Positions 17,801 through 26,114 of a stretch of 53,626 nucleotides of DNA are shown here, in pieces; position 1 is the first letter of the stretch, and each line of letters begins with the position of its first letter. Source of the stretch: a virus (Duplodnaviria > Caudoviricetes); IMG/VR virus record IMGVR_UViG_3300037440_000172, positions 1 through 53,626 of that record. One strand, given 5' to 3'. A program made the position numbers and the translations under genes. Below the pieces are notes generated by a model, which saw only the letters and a list, made by a program, of their open reading frames with translations, searched no databases and was not told where the DNA came from.

Positions 17801-20800
17801 GCGCGATCATGTAGCCGCCGAAGTGGTTCCGCTGTTGCTCGGACCAGTTGTTGAACTCGACACCGCCGTATGCCGTCAGCAGCGCGTCACGCAGACTGAC
17901 TGTGCCCTTGCCGGTAGAATTTTCCCAGTGCACGCCCTGCGTCAGGTCGATGTAAGCGGCGGCATCGGATGAAACGATCTTCTGTGCCTGCATCTGCGGA
18001 TTGCGCCATGCCGACAGGTCGAGTTCCTGATTGTTCCTCTCAGCCTGCCGCGCAATCCGCATCATCACCTTGCGGATTGAATTGGTCTTGTCCCAGCGTC
18101 CTTTATAGACGCGCTCCAAATAGCGCCAGTACATGCCGGAAACAGCAGCCACTCCGCCTTCACTGTACTCGTTGCGTATCGCCTGGAATGTGCTCTCCGG
18201 CACGCCGGACTTGACCGCCGCCGTGATGCGGCCGGCAGACGACGCATCACGCCAGTCTGCATATTGGTCGCGAATTTCCTGAATATCAGCAAGCGTCTGC
18301 GGATCTTGCGCATCCATGAACTCTTCGAACTCGCTGAAGAAGTCGGGCGCGTGAGCTTCCGCTGCCTGCGGGTTCGTGAGATACAGGCGGAAGAATTCGG
18401 CGAACCCTTCGGATACGGTGTCGTTACCGCTCATGCGCGCAATGCCGAGAAGCGCTGGCTGATGTCTGGCCTTCAGCGGGTCCAGATCATACCGGCTTTC
18501 CAAGGCGTGTGCTACTTCGTGCGCTTCGGTGTCGATGTCTTCGAGAACAGCCAGGCGGATCACGCCGGTCTGGCGGCTGTACTGGCCGCGAAGCATACCG
18601 CCCATCTGTGAGGCAAGACGCTTCATTCCCGGATCAAGGCGGCCGCGCTTGACCGTCAGCCCGAGACGTTTGCGCAGATTGCGCTGAATGTCGATCAGCG
18701 AGCCTGCGGGCGATGGCTCAAGGCCTGGCGTCGGTCCAGGCGGTGGCGGCGACAGCGGCAGGTTCGGCATGCTGGTGGGCAGCGTCTGCGCCGCCACGTC
18801 GGCAAGCTGCTCGCGCTCCGGCGCAAATTCGAGAAACGCCTCATTGAACCTTGCCTTGAACTCTCCTTCATCGATCCGGGTGAAGACATCATCAGAGGTC
18901 TGGAAGCCTTCGCCGCGCATGAAGCTGGAGATGCGGGCGATGAAATCCTTGATCCTCTGGAATACCGAGGCGATGGTTCCGGTGAACTGTTTCCTGTTCA
19001 GGTGGAATTCGCTATACTGTTCGGCGATGGCTTCCTTGATGAGGAGATCGTTCATCTCCGTCTCGTTCATGCCGCCCTTGTAGACGCCCTCGTAAGCCTG
19101 CCGGACGCCGGTGGTTTCCACCCAGCCATTACGCTTTGCCGCCGTCTTGAGCGTGTTCCATTCCTTCTCGGTGAACAGGCCCATTGCCTTGAAGAATTCA
19201 ACGGCTTCGTGTCTGAGAACGCGGACGGCTTCCTGAACTGTGGTAACGCCCTTGGCGCGAGCTTCAGCCTCCACCGCCTGCATGGCGATGGAGATGGTCA
19301 TGGTGTAGGGGTCGGTCTGGCCTAGAGCTTCTGCTTGTCTGGATCGAGCATAGAAAATTCCTTCAGACATCGCTCCAGACTGTACAGATTGGGCGCTCCG
19401 GCTGACAATTTCACCCAGTAATCCGGCCCCTGCCGCTCCTCGCGCCTCTTGGAGAAGGGTGTTCTGGAGGATGACTCTCTTAAGAGTACGGCGACCCGCG
19501 CGCGATGCTCTAACGTCGGCAGACGTTTCGGCGAGAGCGTCCAGCATTCCATCAGAAACGGGCTGGCCTTCACCAGTTCGGATGGCTCCTGTTGCGAGGT
19601 CATAACGATAATCCTTGATCTCCGGGAATTTACTTGCGACGGATTCAACGGAGGTTTCCATCAACGATGCTATATTACCAAGAGTATCGCCTTCTGTCCA
19701 TTGCAGTGGAGGCACACCAATTTTCTCATTGCCCGCAATCTGATCTTCATGCGGCTCAAGATGATCTGTCGTCCCGAACTTCAATGCTGACGATAGCATG
19801 TTCTCGGTTCTGCGCCGCAGCGCAATCGCCGACATGCCATCGGGATCGCCGATGAACTTGCGCCCCGTGTTGAGCGCGTAATTGGCGACCGCCGCATAAA
19901 TGGCGGCCCCCGCCTGCCCCTGCCTTACTTCAGAGACATCCATCCAGACGCGGTTGTCGTCCTCGTAAACATGGAAAGGCTTTCTCTCCCCGGTGAGGAA
20001 ATTGTAAATCCTTTTGGCGCCATGTTCGTGGAATCCGATTTCATCGGTGCTCTTGTGCTCGAATGTGAGGCCGCTCGGCTCGGCGGTGTCACTGATAATA
20101 CCAACGACATCCTGCTTGTCAGATTTCGGATAGACGAAGGCGTCATCCGTCTTGGCGAATTCCTGTAGGGCTTTTGCTGCTCTTACCTGCTCCTGAGACG
20201 GCTGGTTCAGAGCAAGCATCTGATCGACAACGCCCTGCCGTTCTTCAGCAGAGACAGGCTTGCCGTTCTTTTTCGTGATCTTGACGAGGCTGTCGTCGAA
20301 AATTACGATGTTGCGGGTGCCGTCGCCAGTCGCGCGTGAGACTTGGTCCAGATATCTGAGGCCGGGAATGCCTGCGTCGCGGAGAAGTTCCGAAACTGTA
20401 ATATTATTAAATTCGCCGCGCCCGTACTTTTCATCGACAATCTGTTTGACTTGAGAGACAGTCCGTTCTGGGTTGTTCGTAAAATCTAGTCTATCAAATA
20501 CCGCCAATGCTTTTTTGCCAACTTCGCCTTGTTCGCTGAGTGGTAAATCCCAATCCAGCAACTGCTCTGGCTCCACGTCGATCTCGACTTCGTAGAGATG
20601 GCCCAGTTTTCGCTCCGTAGCAGGCTTAATATCCCCTTGCTCTAAAAGGCTGATTGCATCCTGTAGGCGCGTAACTTCCTGATCTGGATCAAGAGACTTG
20701 ATGCGCTTGATAGCATTGTCAGCGTTTCCGTTATTTAAATATAAATAGTAGGATGCGACATGGCTTGAGTTATCCATATTAACGACGTTGCCATCCGGGG

Positions 20801-23800
20801 CAACAAGTTGAACGTCGCCTAATACATTCTGATATTCCTTGGCAGTCAGTTCATTCTCGGCAAAATAAAGCCCGTGCCCGAAAACCTGCGCTCCTTCTCC
20901 CGTTCCGATCCGCGACAGATCGAACCTGTCGAAATCATGAGGAGAGCCGTGGAACGCGCGGAGGGCGAGCATCTGGTCAACAGCCTGCTGGCGCTCTTCG
21001 CCAGATACCGGTTCACCATTTCTCTTCGTGATCTTGAGGATTGAATCATCGAAGACGACGTAGTTGTCAGCCCCCAGATCCATCGTCGCCTTGTAGCTGT
21101 TGCCGGCAACGCCTTCTGCGCTTAAAGCTTTCGACGCAAACTCTTCACTGCCTAACGCTTCGGCAAGACGATCGTAGACACTCACACCTTGCAGGGATTC
21201 AATATCTGAACTGTCGATCCCGGCCTTCTCAAGCGCTGCCTTGACCATAGGCAGGATTTTGGGTTGCTCTGACATCATCTGATGAAAGACGAGGAAATCA
21301 TCAGCATCCGCGTCGATTTCAACTTCGTAAAGGAAATCACCTGGATCAACATCCCACTTCGCGACGCGCTCGTATTTTTCCAGCATGGCGTCGGCTTCGG
21401 CAATGTTTTCGTCGCGGCGTGGATGCGATGGGGCGAGGTCGATCGCCTTCTGCCTCATTGCCCTGATCGATTCGCCAAGTTCATCAAAAGTACGGCCATA
21501 ATAATCCTGGCCAGCTACTTTTGCCCCGGCAAACTCCTGAAGCTCTGTGTCGTTGCCAACGGGTTCTCCGTCGATCAGAATGTTCTCGGGGCGGAGCGCA
21601 AGACGATAGGCTTCGCCCTCGATATTACTGCTGCTGAGATAGATGCCCCAGCCTTCCATCTGGGTGCCTTCGCCGGTGCCTATCTTGGACGTATCGAACC
21701 GAGTGAACTCGTGCGGCGAGCCGTGGAACCCGCGAAGAGCAAACATGCTATCGCGCACATTCGCCGCTCTTGCCTCAAGCGGAAGGTTTCGGTAAACCTC
21801 AATCAGCCGTCCACGCTCTTTGACAAGCTCCTTGCGGCGCTCTTCGCGCTTTGCTGACGGGATGCGCATGATGCGGCCAAGCCCGGCGGACAGGCTGCGG
21901 AGTTCGGTGTCGATACGGTCAAGCTCGTTGCTGATTTCAGCCGCGCTGGTCGCTTCTGAAGCGGTTTCTCTACCCTCAAGAGAGAGAGAGCCCTCACTAG
22001 GTTCGCTAGGAGGGCTGGCTACTTCGCCTTGTTCTTGTCGCGCACTGGGCGGCGACCATCCCCATTCCAGAAACGAGTCCCCAGCCGTGAACAATTCACT
22101 TGCAGGAACATACCGTTTAACTAAATGATATTCGCCGTTGAGAGCGGACTCGCCGTGGTCTTTAGCATAATCGCGAGTAATTGTTACCCAGTCGCCCGGA
22201 TTGATGTATGATGGCCCAAGCGTAACGCCACTCCGCTTCCCTTCGACTTTTGGAATTGCTCGGTATATCGCAACTTTTGCATCAGGATTTCCGCGTAGAT
22301 CGCGAATTTTGTTATAAGCTTTGTAGTCAAGTTCATCGTTCCCGGTAGCATAGTAGCGCAGACCGTTTGGTCCATAGAAGTCATCAGGATAGATGCCGTT
22401 CGACGTGACATCGTGGATCGGCGAACCACTCTCCGCATTCGGAGCTGAGTGCTGCCCGCGATAGTCATCCATTCCGCCGGTTTCCTCCTCACCCACTATA
22501 GCAGATGGATCGGATTCTGTCTGCCCCCGTCCTGTACGGAGAGCATAAGATATACGAGGGTCTGTTGGATCGAAGGTGCCGCGGTTGGCGACCGCATCTG
22601 GAATGAGTTGCCCGTCTACGCGAGATCTGAGCTGGCCACCGACTGCCGACTTCGCTTGTGTCGGAGAAAAGAACGCATAGACCGTCGTTGTTTGCCTTGT
22701 CGCCCCTTCAGGGTTGTTGTAAAAATCTACAACATTTTCGATGATTACGCCATCGTGGCCTTCATCCTTCGCGGCCTTGATCTGCTTTTCTGTTCCCTTC
22801 CAGCTCTCACCCTTCGCGTCTATGATTTTGGGGTTGCTGACCGACAGATAAAGCGGGATTGTCTGCGGCTCAGCGTTTTGGTAATCCATGGCGCGGCGGT
22901 CGTCTGCATAGCTATCTGCGACGTTGTAATCTTTGGCCGCGAACCAGACTTCGCCACGCGAAAGTGCTTGAAAGCCTTCTTTGAAAATACCGCGCACGTC
23001 AGGCGCACCGTGATACACGACTAGCGGATTGCCTTGCTCATCAACAATCTTGCTTGATCCAAACCACCGGCGAAACGCAGTTTCTTCCCTTACCGCCAGC
23101 ATCTGATCTTCTCGCCTTAGCGTCGCGATTGCGATATTATCGCGAAGGTCTATGCTGACGGCTTCGGGGAGGATCTTTGCGGCGGCGCGGTCGATGGCGG
23201 CGTTGAGTTCAGACTTTTCGGCTTCCGCTTTCGGCGTCAGCACGACATCGCCAACACCGGGAATTGTATCGGGCAAATTCTCCGGGATCACCATCGCCGC
23301 GAAGCTTCCCGATCTCTGGGACTGCGGCACACGGCGGACATTGCCGTTTCTATCGCGGCGAAGGAAGCCTTTTCTTACCGCTTCATCAATGAGCGGCGCA
23401 AGCTCAGCGTCGGATATTCCAAGCTCTGACGCCCATTTTGAACGCGGGGTCTTGCTGTTCAGGATGGAGGCGAAGGACTGGCGGATCTGGTCTGGATCGG
23501 CTTCGGCGCGTTCCGGGACAGGAATATTGCCTTCGCGAGCCAGACGGCTGGCAGTGTCAACCCATTGGGTAATGAGCCTTGCTTCCGGCCTTGCGTCGAT
23601 TCCCGCCAACGCCGCCGCGTCCGCAGCCATATCGCCGACGACTTGTCCGAGTGCATCCCAATCGTTGTTCTGGGCATGCTCATTGCCTTCGGCGGCTTTC
23701 TTGGCCAGACGCTCGACTATGGTCTTTGCTTCGCCTATGAACGCATCGCGCTTCAGAAGGGATGCAGCATCTTCCTGCAGGATGTTGAAGCGGTCGGCAA

Positions 23801-26114
23801 TCTCGGTTGCGCTGGATGCGCGTGCAAAATCAGTGAGGGTTGATCCGACTTCCTTGCGCCGGGGCGCTGGTGCCGTCTGCTCATCGCGTCCGAACAGCCG
23901 CTTGACGCCCTCAACGCGCTCGTCCATAAGCAGTCTGTCGCTCAGACGATCAAGAACGGCTTGGCGCGCCTGCTTCCCGCTCGGGAAATTACGCCCTGTT
24001 ACTTCATAGGCGACGGATTTCCATTCACCGGCTTTCAGCGTTGGCCCAAGCTGTTCAACGGCTGAACTCAGTTCCGCCTGCTTGTCGATACCTTCAAGCC
24101 GTGAGATAACGTTGCGACCGGCTTCAGAAACCGGTGCGGCGGGCTTCCTGGCTTTCGTCTGTCTCGGTTTCGGCAACGATGCCACCAGTTCATCGAATAC
24201 GGTGGCAAGTTCCGGCGACGCCTGCTGAATGACGCCGCGAAGCTGCTCGATCTGTTCCGGTGTTGCCCCCCGACGGATCGCCATTGCGGCAATGGTTGGC
24301 GCGTCTTCATTGCGGATTGCCATCTCTTCAAGGATGGCGTCAATGCCTTCTCCCTCGCGCGAGACCCGCTCAATGAGTTCCGCCTTGTCGTCATTCGACA
24401 GTCTGCGATATGCATCAGCGAGAACGGGCGTGCCGATCTCTGCATCGATCTCGGCAAGCGCCGGGAAAACGAAATTCTGCTCCGCCGCTTCAAGTTCGCG
24501 GTCAAACTCGTAGGCTTCCTCTATCGCAATGCGCTCACGGTCGGCAGCCTGCTCTGCGACAGGCACAACACGTTCGCCGCGAATGGCGCGGTCGAGAAGG
24601 TCGTAAACATCATCCGGCGTCGTGACGGCAGTTTCATCAGCCACGGATTCGGTGAGAAAGCCAGCCTCAACAAGTGCTTCGCGCGCCTGATCTGGCGTCA
24701 TACCGCGTTGAGAGACCAGCCCCGGATAGCGGCTGGCATCCATTGCATCAGTTTCGCCAGACGGCTGGATGCCGCCGCGCTCACGGATGAAGCGGATAAC
24801 GTTCTCGGACGGAGTTTCAGCCGGGCGCTCGCCGCGCCGCTGGAAGTTAGTAGCATCTTCCGTCGGCGCTTCTACATCAAGACGATCTTCCTTCGTTTCA
24901 CGGGCAACCCGACTTCCCTGATCGAACAGTTGCGCCTCAAGCGCAAGATCACGGTCAACGATTTCCTGCCCGGCCTGAACATCGCGTTTCGCCTGTAACG
25001 CAGAACCCGGCGTCGTGACAGCGCCCGCACCGATGGCCGTTCTGAATGCCGTCTCCGGCACGGTCTCCGTAATGAACCGCTGGATCTCCTCATCGGTGAC
25101 TTCGCGCCCGGCAACCTCTGGCGGAACGAATGTCGTCACCGCTTCCTGCGCAATTTCGGTCGGCACTTCAAGCAGGATCGCGTCTTTGACGATTTCCTTG
25201 CCAAAGCGTTTGATGAATTCCGATGGTGCGCGGAGCGTCCCGCCTTTCGCCAATTGTAGCGCCACCTTGCGCGCGACGGCCTGTCGTGCAGCGCCGTTGA
25301 ACTTCAGGCCAGCGACAACCGGGAATGCAAGGTCGAGCCCAGCCAGAACCATCGTGCCGTAATTCGTGTATTTGACGAGATCGCCGCCTTCGACACGCTC
25401 ACCCTTCAGGGCGTTGCGCATCTCCGAGACATGGTGATGAATCATGCCGGAAAGCGCACCGGCCGTTGCACCGGTGAAGCCGCCGGTTGCACGCCCGAAC
25501 TTACCAAGCGGCGCGCCAGCTTTCTGGCCGAGATACCCGCCCGTGATAGCCCCGGCAATACCCGGAATCTGGATGCCGATCTGCTCCCCGGCGACTTCCT
25601 TCACATAGCCCCAGGCGTCCGACAATCCGTTGATCTGCTTGAACGACTGAAACACCGGCTTGTAATCTGAGCCATCTTCCTGCACGGTCTTGCGCAGACT
25701 GCCGGACCAGTCCCGATAGGACTCCGCATAGCTCGGATCGTCTGACATATCGGCCAGATGTTCGAGCGTGTCGGCATAGGCTTCGAGGTTGCGATTGCCG
25801 AGGCCGTGTTCGAGCGATCCCCAGAATGATGCATCGTCTTTCGTCTGCGGCTGCTCAAAGCCGAAATTCTTGCGTTCAGCATCGGTCAGGACGCGTGATG
25901 ACTCCCGCGCCGTCTGCTGTGACTTCCTGTCAGCGAGCGGCTTGAACCAGTTGTCCTGCGGCGGCACCGACGGCGAGACCGTCTGCTTCGCCGGACTTGG
26001 CTCAACAGGATCGTCATCGAAGGCGTCGAACACGTTGTTGCCTGTCACGCGCGGAGGCGTTATGACGAGAGCATCTTCGTCCTGATCAAAGGCGTCGAAT
26101 GGATTATCGGTCAC
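14835..26114 (-). CDS. giant internal virion / large polyvalent protein (3759 aa)
   Basis: Last gene of the internal-virion block; ART-PolyVal-like 'FRRWFG.SKIVDE.GNPLVVYHG', two 'FHGSPH.F..FD.S.IGTGEG' modules, zincin-like HEAVE and HEVAH motifs, LPD38-like C-terminus. Confidence 0.85.
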   Translation of the reverse strand: MTDNPFDAFDQDEDALVITPPRVTGNNVFDAFDDDPVEPSPAKQTVSPSVPPQDNWFKPLADRKSQQTARESSRVLTDAERKNFGFEQPQTKDDASFWGSLEHGLGNRNLEAYADTLEHLADMSDDPSYAESYRDWSGSLRKTVQEDGSDYKPVFQSFKQINGLSDAWGYVKEVAGEQIGIQIPGIAGAITGGYLGQKAGAPLGKFGRATGGFTGATAGALSGMIHHHVSEMRNALKGERVEGGDLVKYTNYGTMVLAGLDLAFPVVAGLKFNGAARQAVARKVALQLAKGGTLRAPSEFIKRFGKEIVKDAILLEVPTEIAQEAVTTFVPPEVAGREVTDEEIQRFITETVPETAFRTAIGAGAVTTPGSALQAKRDVQAGQEIVDRDLALEAQLFDQGSRVARETKEDRLDVEAPTEDATNFQRRGERPAETPSENVIRFIRERGGIQPSGETDAMDASRYPGLVSQRGMTPDQAREALVEAGFLTESVADETAVTTPDDVYDLLDRAIRGERVVPVAEQAADRERIAIEEAYEFDRELEAAEQNFVFPALAEIDAEIGTPVLADAYRRLSNDDKAELIERVSREGEGIDAILEEMAIRNEDAPTIAAMAIRRGATPEQIEQLRGVIQQASPELATVFDELVASLPKPRQTKARKPAAPVSEAGRNVISRLEGIDKQAELSSAVEQLGPTLKAGEWKSVAYEVTGRNFPSGKQARQAVLDRLSDRLLMDERVEGVKRLFGRDEQTAPAPRRKEVGSTLTDFARASSATEIADRFNILQEDAASLLKRDAFIGEAKTIVERLAKKAAEGNEHAQNNDWDALGQVVGDMAADAAALAGIDARPEARLITQWVDTASRLAREGNIPVPERAEADPDQIRQSFASILNSKTPRSKWASELGISDAELAPLIDEAVRKGFLRRDRNGNVRRVPQSQRSGSFAAMVIPENLPDTIPGVGDVVLTPKAEAEKSELNAAIDRAAAKILPEAVSIDLRDNIAIATLRREDQMLAVREETAFRRWFGSSKIVDEQGNPLVVYHGAPDVRGIFKEGFQALSRGEVWFAAKDYNVADSYADDRRAMDYQNAEPQTIPLYLSVSNPKIIDAKGESWKGTEKQIKAAKDEGHDGVIIENVVDFYNNPEGATRQTTTVYAFFSPTQAKSAVGGQLRSRVDGQLIPDAVANRGTFDPTDPRISYALRTGRGQTESDPSAIVGEEETGGMDDYRGQHSAPNAESGSPIHDVTSNGIYPDDFYGPNGLRYYATGNDELDYKAYNKIRDLRGNPDAKVAIYRAIPKVEGKRSGVTLGPSYINPGDWVTITRDYAKDHGESALNGEYHLVKRYVPASELFTAGDSFLEWGWSPPSARQEQGEVASPPSEPSEGSLSLEGRETASEATSAAEISNELDRIDTELRSLSAGLGRIMRIPSAKREERRKELVKERGRLIEVYRNLPLEARAANVRDSMFALRGFHGSPHEFTRFDTSKIGTGEGTQMEGWGIYLSSSNIEGEAYRLALRPENILIDGEPVGNDTELQEFAGAKVAGQDYYGRTFDELGESIRAMRQKAIDLAPSHPRRDENIAEADAMLEKYERVAKWDVDPGDFLYEVEIDADADDFLVFHQMMSEQPKILPMVKAALEKAGIDSSDIESLQGVSVYDRLAEALGSEEFASKALSAEGVAGNSYKATMDLGADNYVVFDDSILKITKRNGEPVSGEERQQAVDQMLALRAFHGSPHDFDRFDLSRIGTGEGAQVFGHGLYFAENELTAKEYQNVLGDVQLVAPDGNVVNMDNSSHVASYYLYLNNGNADNAIKRIKSLDPDQEVTRLQDAISLLEQGDIKPATERKLGHLYEVEIDVEPEQLLDWDLPLSEQGEVGKKALAVFDRLDFTNNPERTVSQVKQIVDEKYGRGEFNNITVSELLRDAGIPGLRYLDQVSRATGDGTRNIVIFDDSLVKITKKNGKPVSAEERQGVVDQMLALNQPSQEQVRAAKALQEFAKTDDAFVYPKSDKQDVVGIISDTAEPSGLTFEHKSTDEIGFHEHGAKRIYNFLTGERKPFHVYEDDNRVWMDVSEVRQGQAGAAIYAAVANYALNTGRKFIGDPDGMSAIALRRRTENMLSSALKFGTTDHLEPHEDQIAGNEKIGVPPLQWTEGDTLGNIASLMETSVESVASKFPEIKDYRYDLATGAIRTGEGQPVSDGMLDALAETSADVRASRAGRRTLKRVILQNTLLQEARGAAGAGLLGEIVSRSAQSVQSGAMSEGIFYARSRQAEALGQTDPYTMTISIAMQAVEAEARAKGVTTVQEAVRVLRHEAVEFFKAMGLFTEKEWNTLKTAAKRNGWVETTGVRQAYEGVYKGGMNETEMNDLLIKEAIAEQYSEFHLNRKQFTGTIASVFQRIKDFIARISSFMRGEGFQTSDDVFTRIDEGEFKARFNEAFLEFAPEREQLADVAAQTLPTSMPNLPLSPPPPGPTPGLEPSPAGSLIDIQRNLRKRLGLTVKRGRLDPGMKRLASQMGGMLRGQYSRQTGVIRLAVLEDIDTEAHEVAHALESRYDLDPLKARHQPALLGIARMSGNDTVSEGFAEFFRLYLTNPQAAEAHAPDFFSEFEEFMDAQDPQTLADIQEIRDQYADWRDASSAGRITAAVKSGVPESTFQAIRNEYSEGGVAAVSGMYWRYLERVYKGRWDKTNSIRKVMMRIARQAERNNQELDLSAWRNPQMQAQKIVSSDAAAYIDLTQGVHWENSTGKGTVSLRDALLTAYGGVEFNNWSEQQRNHFGGYMIARRGRWLWQRHDMSPTQNRGRGPNPPGNPGEGDWYFDTMRRQRRIFLAGRWETELMRPPDKHNRADHEQAVADLEAANPQFAQASQMVYQFLRDLALKRYQAGLDSLEEYQYKTGTPDYVPWFRDMSDEMFKGTAVSGRKVAAKFAIKGSYRDFIDPIEGIARQVYDTNQEIAVNKPKLLLGKMADEVENAGQYVEIIPATRMRVEEVRIRDALQAAAIQEGLPPEDAKEMISTVASMLGEDAVAKLFKSEQAGEGRDAILHYMDNGVLKMLQIHDDGHGIAKDILGFFEMTRGTPFGDSFFDMITAAVRVPQRGITAHPGFLWRNLIRDTYNAAVLQAGYFPIISNIRTVLDNQARQARGEETWAQILARHGGIMGGINRSNIQQLRQGRVSGLRTEGVVLNPARRDFWARTVNPLHEDFWKWAEWSEANARQTLARLSFDRAFKDAQSRYPTMPLEQQTFIALESAVQRSRDYTDYGRSGDFASQTVFNRLVMFLNPALQGPDKMFRKLFLAQTDEGVFAAAQVVRKKLAPLFDDRQRSQAEKTLTKSEKDALKDAMRAWTTLAMIAVAHLMLELMLNDDDELRDKSELERALNIPMTINGQPYRIPRGFDIVNVTSNALRAQYDSWRYEDPTAWQRFRKTLGYSLVPPHSSPLLDMYIGWKHGRNNFFDSAIEPEYMQGRLPEDRYKAYTSKLSKDMAEGINAVAPFEVSPLMVEYTMNTLGSDWARDILRTYDAADPDKPALRWQEYPFIRTTRGLRGTRGAEDFWDLMGRDGGEFIQPAGSYKEEAVKNKVWTQEDLRKFFERRVTDDDARAYAILNGHYDVDQRRLHPMERAKEFITALSATSRQVAFNRVDDPRTGKRLEVTRAVRQQANEIMSEISRREYLNGLIAIQRPGYEFREPMPVKPYLEELKTVSPRIHAMLMDKIKIKRGTKVYDYDTVRELWPEVRRRLLDANRRETIIEKRAQVEFNDLNYAVGRARALGIR

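Noticed and set aside
15036-17972. Long + strand ORFs (466 and 489 aa) opposite the giant gene, and similar ones such as 41769-43115
   Set aside because: Antisense shadows of GC-rich coding sequence with no motifs.
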